From: an uncultured Methanoregulaceae archaeon
GTDB lineage: Archaea > Halobacteriota > Methanomicrobia > Methanomicrobiales > Methanospirillaceae
Length of the DNA: 64,000 nucleotides
Reading direction: 5' to 3'
Assembly (NCBI GenBank): GCA_963701095.1
Contig: OY969564.1
Span: 896,001-960,000 of the forward strand
This document shows positions 30,390-40,115 of this stretch, one piece after another (position 1 is the stretch's first letter; each line of letters opens with the position of its first letter). The notes under the pieces are model-generated. The model was not told the DNA's origin and did not search any database. It saw nothing but the letters and a program-made list of their open reading frames with translations. Position numbers and translations under genes: made by a program.

Positions 30390-32342
30390 TTACTTCTTGC
30401 GACCGGTCTTCACAAACCGCCAGGAGTTATTAGGGATGAGTAATTCGAATCGTGCTCCCTTTCGATAGGTTCCAATCTCCTGGATTGTTATGCCGGTAAT
30501 CATCAGAATCTCCCGGGATAAGAAAAGACCCATCCCTGTATTTTTACCGACCCCGCGTTCGAAAATCCTGTCTTTTGCTTCATCCGGTATACCTACCCCA
30601 TCATCCTCGCAGATGAGCGTCATTCCCTTTTCCGAGATTTCGTAAGAGAACCTGATGGTGGTTATTGTCTCTCCATACCGGAGTGCATTGTCGATGAGGT
30701 TGTAGAATACTTTCTCGAGGAGGGGATCGGCATAGATTTCCGTATCTTCGAGATCCAGAACAAACGTGATCTCTGACTGGGAAAAGTTGACCATGTCACG
30801 TTGCATTACTTCCCTGAGATTCTGCCAGACCGGGGAATTAACGCCAACTTCCTGATACTCCCGGGTAAAGGTGATCTGGCGCTGGATAACCCGCACCAGA
30901 TCCTTGATTTGCCCAAGGAGTATATCGTGTTCTTCCTTGTTGTTCGTCGACACCGCCATATCAACGCAGCCCAGGACCCCGGTGACTGTGTTGAGAATAT
31001 CGTGCCGCGTGATGCTGTTAAGCAGGTTCAGTTTCTTGTTGGCCAGCTGAATGGCATTTTCGGCTTGCCGGTGATCGGTAATGTCTCTCAGAACCCCATA
31101 CATGCCCATAGCTTTGCCATAGATATCTACCCGGATAGTGCATTTTTCTTCCACCCAATGGGTATTCCCCCACATATCCACAATCCGGAATACGGAGGTT
31201 TCCTCAGGTTCACCATTCGTTACTTTCTTTAAACCTGCGAGCACGCTTTTACGATCATCCGGATAAATGAAATCGATGAGAGGGTGCGAGATTACATCCT
31301 CTACGAGAAAACCGTAACGGTTTACCTGGGGTGAAACGTAGGTGAATATGCCGTTTACGTCGAGCGAGAAGAGGAGATCGGCAGAATTCTCTGCAAGGGC
31401 ACGGTACTTTTCTTCGCTCTCCCGGAGTTCGGCTTCAATATTCCTGCGTTCGGTGCTGTCCCGGATCAATTCGACAGCACCAACCAGTCTGCCTTCCCTG
31501 TTGTATAAGGGCGAAGATACGCACCAGAACGAGGCACTTTTAGCGTTATCGAAAAAGGGGATAGTAACCTCTGAAAGAAGTTTTTTACCTTCCCTTATAA
31601 GGAAAGGGAAATAATTTGCACTGATTTTTGGATCATTACAGATGATCATGTCGATAAGCATGGGTCGGCGTTCATGGTAAAAGGGGAGAGCATATGCATA
31701 GTCACCTTTTCCAAGGATCTCCTCTGCCCTGATGCCGGTCACCATCTCCATTGCACGGTTCCAGGCAGTAACTACGCCATTGATGTCAATGGCAAAAGTT
31801 GCATCCGGCAAAAAATTGATAATGTCTGTTTCTCTCCGTTCAAGATCCCCTATGAGCATTTCCAACTGCTTCTGCCGGACAGATTGATGGATAATATTGC
31901 CAAGATCGGCAAACAGTAACGTGGGGCTGCTGCATTTCTGGAGACAGAAATTAGCACCTTCGCTGAGAGCCTGAATAACAAAATCCTGCCTGTCGTTTCC
32001 GGAAAAAAGGATAAACGGTATGGTATTTCCCGATGCCCGTATCTGTTTTAAAAATTCAATGCCGTTTATCTCTGGCATCAGGTAATCTGAGACTATCACA
32101 TCGTAATCCCGGCACTGCATTTTTTCAAGAGATTCTTTTGCAGAAAGTGCGATATGAACTGAGAATCCGGGATCTTTTTCAAGGAACATCTTGCCCACAT
32201 CAAGAAGACACGAATCATCGTCCACAAGGAGAATCGTTATTTTTGTTAATCCTTTAGCTTTTGCTGTCTTTCCAAGAGACCGCGATATCTCTTGTTCAAC
32301 CGCATTTTCGTCATTTTCCTTTACTACACCGGTATCAGACAT
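30390..32342 (-). CDS. Hybrid cytoplasmic histidine kinase (REC-PAS-PAS-HisKA-HATPase)
   Basis: VSDYLMP receiver, RHDILN H-box, and NLIDNA, DDGVG and GMGLF boxes. Confidence 0.93.
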   Translation of the reverse strand: MSDTGVVKENDENAVEQEISRSLGKTAKAKGLTKITILLVDDDSCLLDVGKMFLEKDPGFSVHIALSAKESLEKMQCRDYDVIVSDYLMPEINGIEFLKQIRASGNTIPFILFSGNDRQDFVIQALSEGANFCLQKCSSPTLLFADLGNIIHQSVRQKQLEMLIGDLERRETDIINFLPDATFAIDINGVVTAWNRAMEMVTGIRAEEILGKGDYAYALPFYHERRPMLIDMIICNDPKISANYFPFLIREGKKLLSEVTIPFFDNAKSASFWCVSSPLYNREGRLVGAVELIRDSTERRNIEAELRESEEKYRALAENSADLLFSLDVNGIFTYVSPQVNRYGFLVEDVISHPLIDFIYPDDRKSVLAGLKKVTNGEPEETSVFRIVDMWGNTHWVEEKCTIRVDIYGKAMGMYGVLRDITDHRQAENAIQLANKKLNLLNSITRHDILNTVTGVLGCVDMAVSTNNKEEHDILLGQIKDLVRVIQRQITFTREYQEVGVNSPVWQNLREVMQRDMVNFSQSEITFVLDLEDTEIYADPLLEKVFYNLIDNALRYGETITTIRFSYEISEKGMTLICEDDGVGIPDEAKDRIFERGVGKNTGMGLFLSREILMITGITIQEIGTYRKGARFELLIPNNSWRFVKTGRKK

Positions 32343-32541
32343 GGAGTATCGGCTATGTACAGGGATACAGCATCCGCATGTAATTGTAACAGCTGGCTTA
32401 CTGTATCCGGTGATACTTCTGAATAAGAACTGACAGGATATATTACAAACTATAACTGAAATTTCGAGGGTTCTTAAATTTTAATGGCATTAAAAAAATG
32501 TAGTCATTTGAAATAATGGATAGGCGAGCACGTTCTAATGC

Positions 32542-33448
32542 ATGGATATTCTCAATTCGCCAACATCGCGGCTGTTCGATTGGCCGGCATTACGCCTGCT
32601 CGATTCACCGACGTTACGCTTGCTCAACACATCGACAATTGTGGCATGCGCCGGTTGTTTCCGGCTCTATGTTGCCATTCTTATCGCAGCAATCATGCCA
32701 ACACCGTTGATTATAATCGCGTACGGTTTGATTGTCTATTCGACGTATACACTTGACCGGGCACTCGGCTGTGAAGAGGATACCGTTAACCGGAGCGAAC
32801 TTTCAGGTGCAAACAAATATATCGGTATCGGCGTGAGCATGTTTGCGTTTTTAGCCGGAGCATTTATTCTTGCTACGAACCAGATCTACCTCGCCTCAAT
32901 CCTGCCCTTCATCATCGGTTATGTCTATTCGAAGGGATTGTCTTTCGGTGGCTACACACTCAAACTCAAAGGGAGCATGGGCAGTAAAAATATCGTGATA
33001 GGCCTGACGTGGGGAGGAAGTATTGCGCTTATTATCAGCCGTTTTACGCCAAATATACTCACGGTCGCTGCCGTGTTTTTGTTCTTCGGGATAAAAATGT
33101 TCATCAATTCAACACTGTTCGATTTCAAGGATGTGAAAGGAGACCTTGCATCCGGGATCCGCACTCTACCGGTCTGTCTTGGTGAAACCAGGACGAAATG
33201 CCTGCTTTTAGGGCTCTGCATTTCCCTGTATGCAGTCCTGATTCTTTCCATGCTGGACGGTTTTCTACATCCAGAATGGACTCTGCTCGCCGTTAAGCTT
33301 CCTGTTCACCGCTTCATTTATCTGTTTCTATTCTGTCGGCTTTGAGGAACGAACATCAGGATTTACAAAAAAATTCCGTCAATGGATGGTGATCGGTGAA
33401 TGGCCTCTAGCGCTTTTCATGCAAGGAGCGGTTAATTTCATCTTCTAA
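32542..33448 (+). CDS. UbiA-family prenyltransferase (one indel near 33294)
   Basis: YTLDR...EDTVN and DFKDVKGDLASGIRTLP motifs. The shifted frame continues SFLFTASF...IGEWPL...FIF*, ending at 33448. Confidence 0.82.
32548..32643 (+). repeat. Four degenerate 24-bp (8-aa) tandem repeats at the UbiA N-terminus
   Basis: ILNSPTSR / LFDWPALR / LLDSPTLR / LLNTSTIV. Confidence 0.75.
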
Positions 33449-34225
33449 ATTTTTGACCGACCGTGACCTTTCCCGGAAATATGCAAAAAGATCTTCGCCC
33501 CATTTCACCGCCGAGGGATCGACACTGATAAGATCCCGTTTTGTATCAAATATACCGTTGGAATAAAAAAAGGTCATAGAAAGGTATTTCTCGGTCGTGA
33601 TATAGGAAAATTTTATCTCGCCATCATAAACGTAAAGGTGTGCATTATCATATTCCAACCACTTGGTAATCTGGGGCCGGTAGTTGGCTTCGACAATCTC
33701 AAACACATTACGAGTCAGGATCAGGGTCGTATCTATGCCTTTTTTTGCAAGTGACAAGAAGAGATCCGGGTAAATTGGGTGCACCATGTGCGTGATTCCT
33801 TTTACCCAGGTAGAATGTTCAAGGATATCCCGGAACTCTTTATGGGACTCATAGATCTGCTCGTCTTTGCTTTCCAGTATCTGGATGTTCCCGAGTTCAC
33901 CGATGCGGAGAAGAAATTCCTTAGGGAGGGCGTTTATATCATGATTCTGCCAGAATTTCTTTTCTTTTTCCAGGACGCCAAGGGTTTTGTTGAGCGGTTC
34001 GAGGAAATGGGCAACAAGCTCGCCCAGTTCCGTAAGAGCATATTTTTTTCCCTTTTTACAAACCAGTTTTTCATCTTCAAGGATTTTAATCTGGGGAAGC
34101 ATTCCGGTTGAGGTTACTTCGAGTACCGTCTTTATCTCCTCCCAGGTTTTCGGACCCTCCTTTAAGAGGATAAGGAGATTTTTTCGTTTTTGTGAATAAC
34201 AGATAGTACAGAGTAAATCAGCCAT
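33407..34225 (-). CDS. ArsR-type winged-helix regulator with a DUF1724-like C-terminal domain
   Basis: SQKRKNLLILLKEGPKT..LPQIKIL wHTH, then FWQNHDI..LP..FLLRIGEL and AVKWGEDLF. ATG at 34225. Confidence 0.85.
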   Translation of the reverse strand: MADLLCTICYSQKRKNLLILLKEGPKTWEEIKTVLEVTSTGMLPQIKILEDEKLVCKKGKKYALTELGELVAHFLEPLNKTLGVLEKEKKFWQNHDINALPKEFLLRIGELGNIQILESKDEQIYESHKEFRDILEHSTWVKGITHMVHPIYPDLFLSLAKKGIDTTLILTRNVFEIVEANYRPQITKWLEYDNAHLYVYDGEIKFSYITTEKYLSMTFFYSNGIFDTKRDLISVDPSAVKWGEDLFAYFRERSRSVKNLEDEINRSLHEKR

Positions 34226-34234
34226 AATCAGAAT

Positions 34235-35492
34235 GGTAGTGTCTCTATAATGCTGTAAAATCAGCACACCCAGTATCCAAAGAGATCATCTCACTCTTCA
34301 CAGATAAATACCGGTTACCCGTGATCCACTCCTCATTAATATCGATAAGGATCGAACCGGTAAGTCTTAACAACGAAGCATCATTCGGGAAAGCCCCTAT
34401 TTTTCTGCTCCGTCGTTTGAGTTCTTTATTAACCCGTTCCAGGAGATTAGTAGTCCGGATCTTTTTCCAGTGTTCCGGGGGAAATGCCCGGTAATTCATC
34501 AGGCCGTGCTCGAACCGGTAGATGGTATCAGCAGCCCGAGAGAGCCCGAAATTCTCCAGTTCCTTCGCATAAGCAAGTAAGAGAGCATGATCACTGAGAC
34601 ATTCTTTGAGTCGTTCGGCGATCGACTTGTGATATTTTCGGGAGACTTTTCTCAGAACTGCCCGGATAAAATGAACGTGACAAAGCTGCCATGATGAGCC
34701 AGGGAACATCCTTTCGGCAGCCGATTGGATCCCGGAATGTCCATCTGAAATAACGAGATCCACCTTACTGAGACCACGATCCTTGAGGTCGGAAAATATT
34801 CCTTCCCAGGTAAGTTCATGTTCCGCATCAGCTACACGAGCTCCGAGGATCTCCCGGTATCCGTCTTCCCGTACCCGGCTACTACGAGAAGAGCTTTGTT
34901 GACGTACTTGACTCCATCTCTTACTTTGAAGTACGATGCATCGACGAAAAGATACGGAAAGTGTGAGTCGATGGTTCTTTCCATAAACTCCGTGATTTTC
35001 ACATCGAGTTCCTGTGCTACCTTCGAGACGTAGGACGCCGAAATCTGGGTGACGCCCAGATGTGAGATTACTTTCTCGACATTCCGGGTCGATACGCCCT
35101 GAAGATACGATTCGATGATCGCGTTCACGAGCGCTTTCTCAGCCCGGGAGTATCGTTCGAATACTTTTGTCTCAAACGGGATCTCGCGTAACTGCGGTTT
35201 CTGGAGCATGAGATCCCCGAACCGGGTCTTCAGGGACCTAGACCGGTACCCGTTCCGATGCGCTCTTCTCGAACTCGATCTCGCGTGTTTCGGTACTCCG
35301 GCTTGTTGGGCCACTTCCTCGTTCATCACATCGTTCAGAAACCACGTGATGAGCTGTTGCATTCCCTTCTCGTTATCGGTAAGATAATTTAGTACGATGT
35401 CGTTTAGATTCATTGCCCTGTATTCTCCTTGTTGCAATCTGATGTTGGATACAGGGCGTCTTCACTTTTTACAGCACTTCGTGTACACTACC
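34235..35492 (-). mobile_element. Complete IS256-family insertion sequence (1258 bp) with a 9-bp target duplication
   Basis: Imperfect TIRs GGTAGTGT-N8-TGCTGTAAAA at both ends. AATCAGAAT is duplicated at 34226-34234 and 35493-35501. Confidence 0.95.
34245..35413 (-). CDS. IS256 (Mutator-like) DDE transposase (one indel near 34875)
   Basis: RNGYRSR, YLQGVSTR, FVDA, ISDGH, WQLCHVH and RTTNLLERVNKELKRR motifs. Confidence 0.92.
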
Positions 35493-35689
35493 AATCAGAA
35501 TACCAATCAAAATGTAATTTGCATCATTTCTTAAAATTTTAAGCAGTATTTTTCCTTCAGGAATAATAAACGTGCCTGTTTTTTACTAAATTACGGGAGA
35601 CAATAATATATTATCACTTCATAAAAATTATCCTATAAACTTACAATAATCTAGAAATCACGCCTTATTTTTAACCGGTTGCGGTAACC

Positions 35690-36475
35690 ATGAATACTAT
35701 TCTGGCATACACTCATTCCTGTATGCCTGCGCCAAAACACCTCGGGTTCCCACCGGGAAAAACACTTCCTGAAGAACTGAGTTCCGCAATGAAACGGATC
35801 GAAACCTCCGGGATAATCTATCCTGACGGATATTACCAGACCCTTCTTGAGAAGTACACCCGGGATGGTGTTTGCTATCCCCATATTCTCATGATACTCG
35901 GCGAACCCCGGATCAACAACCACTTCTATTATCCTCATGTGGTCAGGGGAAAAGGAAAGCTCCTGGACTATGGCTGTGGTACCGGCGATAATGTCCGGCA
36001 ATTGATCCGGGATGGTTTTCCACGTGAAAGGATCATTGCATTCGATATCAACCGGGCAAGCATAGATCTCGGTTTTGATCTGTACCTTGACCGGGATAGG
36101 ATAGGCGACCTCTTCACAGTCTCAGAAATATTTCCGTATGGGCCGGACCAGTTCGACCTTGTCTATTCAGCCTCCGTTTTCCATGTTATTGTTGAAGAAG
36201 ACATACTGGAGGAGTATCTTTCCCATGCGTGGTCTACTCTCAAACCAGGCGGCATTCTTTTTGGTTCCACGGCAGGGCTGAAGGGAGAGGAAATTATCAA
36301 TTCGCCGAACGAATGGGGGCCGCCACGGATTTTAACAGAAGATCAACTAACCGGGTTCCTGACTTGTGCGGGTTTTGAGGTTCTGGAGATTGTTGAGCGT
36401 CCCCACGGCCATCACCACGTCCCTCAGCACAAAAACAGATGTGTTCTTGAATTCTGTGCAAAAAAACCGGAATGA
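35690..36475 (+). CDS. Class I SAM-dependent methyltransferase
   Basis: LLDYGCGTG, FDLVYSASVFH and LKPGG motifs. Confidence 0.88.
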   Translation: MNTILAYTHSCMPAPKHLGFPPGKTLPEELSSAMKRIETSGIIYPDGYYQTLLEKYTRDGVCYPHILMILGEPRINNHFYYPHVVRGKGKLLDYGCGTGDNVRQLIRDGFPRERIIAFDINRASIDLGFDLYLDRDRIGDLFTVSEIFPYGPDQFDLVYSASVFHVIVEEDILEEYLSHAWSTLKPGGILFGSTAGLKGEEIINSPNEWGPPRILTEDQLTGFLTCAGFEVLEIVERPHGHHHVPQHKNRCVLEFCAKKPE

Positions 36476-36547
36476 GTCAGCACGGGACAGGTGCACCCAC
36501 CCACATGTTTTTATGGTTGATAGATTGAGATCGATGTAGGTGCATTG

Positions 36548-36691
36548 ATGCATATTACGCCGCAGACACTTGCGGGTCCCGTTCCGGCCGAACTCGGGAT
36601 TCCTCTGGGAGCGGGTCTGCCATTTATTGCAAGGACCATCCAAGCGGATCTCGCCGCAAAAGGACTGGATGAAGTCCTTACAGAGGAGTGA
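36548..36691 (+). CDS. Possible 47-aa ORF or gene fragment
   Basis: AGGTG RBS-like sequence, then MHITPQTLAGPVPAELGIPLGAGLPFIARTIQADLAAKGLDEVLTEE*. Confidence 0.3.
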   Translation: MHITPQTLAGPVPAELGIPLGAGLPFIARTIQADLAAKGLDEVLTEE

Positions 36692-36729
36692 CGGGGCCGG
36701 AGTTTAAATATAAAAATTTTTTTCCTTTT

Positions 36730-37221
36730 TTATGTATTATAGGACCGGAATGCCACATACTGGTCGAGTATCTTGACCTCATCTCCCTGCGGTGAGATTG
36801 CCCAGACTTCTGCCCGGTCCTGGTATCCGGTGGTCGCGTCGAACATCAGACTCTCCCCAACAGATAGCGGCTGGATCATCTGCCCGGTTTCCACAACGCC
36901 GTCGGATCGGGTAACCTTGATATTCAGTCCCTGGATAAGATCCATCCCCATCCCGCCCCGAAAGGTTACGATAATCTTCGGATTGATAGCTTGTCCATTA
37001 CTCTGGGCCTGGGCCTCGACCGCCCAGTAATCGGGCATGACCCCGGTAGGTCCCGGGGTGACTGAATCTATGGTTTGGGTCTGAACCGGCGCCAGAAAGG
37101 GGGTCATGGTTGGTGACACTGGTGATGGCACGGGTGAGAGACCTACCGGTTGGGTGCAACCAGCAACAGCAAGTATCAGCACCAGAAGGATTGCCGGGCC
37201 AAGTACCAGACGCAACATCAT
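36730..37221 (-). CDS. Putative lipoprotein
   Basis: Lipobox-like VAGC, a Pro/Thr linker, and a beta-rich domain (FRGGMG..VTRSDG). Confidence 0.75.
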   Translation of the reverse strand: MMLRLVLGPAILLVLILAVAGCTQPVGLSPVPSPVSPTMTPFLAPVQTQTIDSVTPGPTGVMPDYWAVEAQAQSNGQAINPKIIVTFRGGMGMDLIQGLNIKVTRSDGVVETGQMIQPLSVGESLMFDATTGYQDRAEVWAISPQGDEVKILDQYVAFRSYNT

Positions 37222-37293
37222 GTGAGGAAAGTCGGATCCACCGGTATATATGATGGTAGGATAGTGAAAGTTAGAAGGTGTCAATAAAAAAAG

Positions 37294-39373
37294 TCAGGAA
37301 TGCTGACTCACCTCAGGATTGCCATTTTTGTTACGGCATGTGTACCGGCAGATGTTTCCTACAGACCGGAACGCATCTTCGAGGTCAGGGAAATTGGGGA
37401 TTTTTGCTTCGCGGAGGATGCGTTGCGGTGTTTTCATGGAATCTCCGCCGATCATACACCCTACAATCATCTTTTTTGTATGCTTGGAGAACCGGATTAG
37501 TTCGTTTGCTATCCTGATAGGATTGGCAAGTGCTGTTGGCACGGCAATAACAAACGCGATATCCCAGAGGTCCTGATGTTTTATCATCACATCAAAAGTC
37601 TTCGCATACTGGTCGGGATGGGAATCACCCACCATATCAATGGGGTTTTCACGGCTCCAGTTGGAAGGTAAGACCGAGTCCAGTTCGCTGATGAGTGCAT
37701 CGGGAAATGCCACCAGCTCGATCCCGAAGCGTTCTGCGTAATCCGAAGAGAGGACGGCAAATCCCCCGGCGTTTGAGATTACTACCGCCCGGGTACCGTG
37801 GGGGTATCCTTCCGACGCAAGGAGTTCTGCTGCCTGGAATGCTTCCCTGATCGACCTGACCGGGATCATCCCCGCCTGTCTGAATGCAGCTGAAGTACAC
37901 TTCGGCACTTCCGGCAAGGGACCCGGTGTGTGACGATGCTGCTTTCTGTCCGATCTGAGATGATCCTGATTTCAGGACAATAACCGGTTTTATCGGGGTG
38001 ATCCGGCTGACGATGTCCAAAAAGCGACGGCCGTTGCGGATCTCCTCAACATAAAGGATGACGGCGTTTGTGGCAGGATCCGTTCCGGTCCACCGGATGA
38101 AATCTTCAAACGTGAGATCCAGCTGGTTACCTACGGAAATCACTGCAGAAAACCCGATCCCCTCAGGCAGGCTCCAGTCAACGATAGTAGTTATGATCGC
38201 ACCGCTCTGCGAAATAAAAGCGATGGAGCCGGAAGTAGGAGAGACCGGGTCAAACGTGGTGTTAATGCCTTTCATTGGCAGCATGAACCCCAGGCAATTG
38301 GGGCCCATAACCCGGATCCCATAGTTCCGTGCAAGGGAAAGTACCTGTTCCTCCAGCGCTTTTCCTGCAGGTCCGGTCTCCCGGAACCCTGAAGAGACAA
38401 TAATTACGAGAGGGATTTTCTTTTTTCCGGCGTCTTCTACAATGGCAGGAACCCCCGGAGCGGGTATAGCGATAACAGCGACGTCCACAGGCCCCGGGAT
38501 TGCAGTAAGGGAGGGGTAGGTTGTTTTTCCAAGGATTGACGCATTATTGGGATTAACCGGATACAGGTCGCCGGAAAAGCCGAGCATGTTCCGGCAGATT
38601 GCGTACCCGACCTTGTCGGGATTCTGCGAAGCTCCAACCACCGCAACCGAACCAATCTTTAACAGGCTCTCCGGCATGACCGCATGATCTTCATCCTGAT
38701 GCACTGGTTCCCGGATATCGGTCGTATAGATACGGGCATCTACGACACACCCGCCTTTTGCATACAGGATGACCGGGTTGATATCAAATTCCTGAACCTC
38801 GGGATGTTCCAGGAACATGCGAATAAGAGCCCCGGCAATGGCCACAAGTGCGGCCTCGTCCCGGGGTGCACTGTGCCTGAACCCGGCGATTAGAGGATAC
38901 CCCCGGAGGCTGTGGATCATGGACCGGAGCTGGTCATCGGTGATCGGCAGGAGCCGGATCGCCACATCCCGGATCAGTTCGACAAGCGTTCCGCCCATCC
39001 CGATCGTAATTATTTTCCCAAATGCAGGGTCGGTCTTTCCCCCAACAATAAGTTCAAGTCCTTCATCCTGCTGCTTTTCAAGGATTACACCATGGATTTC
39101 AGCGTCGGGATAGGCTATCCTGACATTTTTCGTGATGGATCGAAATGCCTCGGTAGCGGCTGTCGCAGATGTGATACCGGTGATGACACCGCCTGCATCA
39201 CTTTTATGGACAACCTGTGGCGAGACGATCTTTGCTACCAGGGGAAAACCGATCTCTGCTGCTGTATGTCCTGCTTCATCTGTAGTCTGGACAACTGCGT
39301 ACCGGGGCACCGGGATCCCGTAGTGTTTTAGCAGTTCGTAACCTTCAGATTCGGATAAAAGGGTGCGTGGCAT
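37294..39373 (-). CDS. ADP-forming acetate/acyl-CoA ligase, fused in beta-alpha order (one indel near 37893)
   Basis: ATP-grasp HKSDAGGV and EFDINP, CoA-binding VVGAS and GPNCLG, phospho-His SHTGSLAG, then SNAGG and NPIDM. Confidence 0.9.
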
Positions 39374-39543
39374 GGTGGCAGGGTACTCCCGGGATGTGAT
39401 CCTTTAGGAAGTATTGCCGGCACGGGGTTAATGAGGATTGTGTAAGATCATAGTAATGCAGGCAAACGAGGACGTTATGAAAGAGGAAGTGCCATGTCAA
39501 TTCCTGAATGATATTAAATCCCACAAAAATCCGCAAATTCACC

Positions 39544-39913
39544 TTATTTATTCAATGCAAGTTCAATAGCCACGCGAAGATCATGATCTTCAAACGGTTT
39601 TAGAACAAAACCATCCGGCTGAGTTTCTTTTGCCCGTTGAAGCGTGGAACCATCTGAATGAGAGGTAAGAAAGATGACAGGTATCTTGACCCTTGTTTTA
39701 ATCATATTTGCTGTCTCTATCCCGTCAGTTTCCCCTTTGATATTAATATCCATAAGCACAACGTCCGGGTACTCTTTTACAAGGATTTCCATTGTTTCTG
39801 TACCTGGATGTGGCCCTGCCGCAGACTTCGTAGCCGATATTATTCAGTCTCCATGCAATAACTCTGGCAACGATATCGTCATCTTCAACAATCAGGATTT
39901 TCGTTTTGGGCAT
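39544..39913 (-). CDS. Single-domain response regulator (one indel near 39806)
   Basis: KILIVEDD in one frame; VVLMDI, FLTS and LKPF in the other. Confidence 0.85.
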
Positions 39914-40115
39914 TGTGCATCTCTTTAATATTTTATTTATTATGGCAAAATATTTCATTCTGCTTCTTTAGGATTCTGTCAATTTACCGGGTATTGAGTT
40001 TTGACCCTTCAGTGTGGGGCCAAGCTACCGAAGACTCGACAGACCCTCAAAAACACCTTGACTGTCACCTCCCTCATTCTTATAACCACCGGCGTCCTTT
40101 TGTACCTCACATCAC

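Noticed and set aside
34860..34880. Programmed frameshift in the IS256 transposase
   Set aside because: IS256 transposases are single ORFs, and the break is in a 3-base homopolymer like the other errors.
39985..40050. Stem-loop or SOS-like box upstream of uvrA
   Set aside because: The pairing relies on several G-U pairs and bulges, and I saw no motif shared with the uvrB, uvrC or recQ upstream regions.
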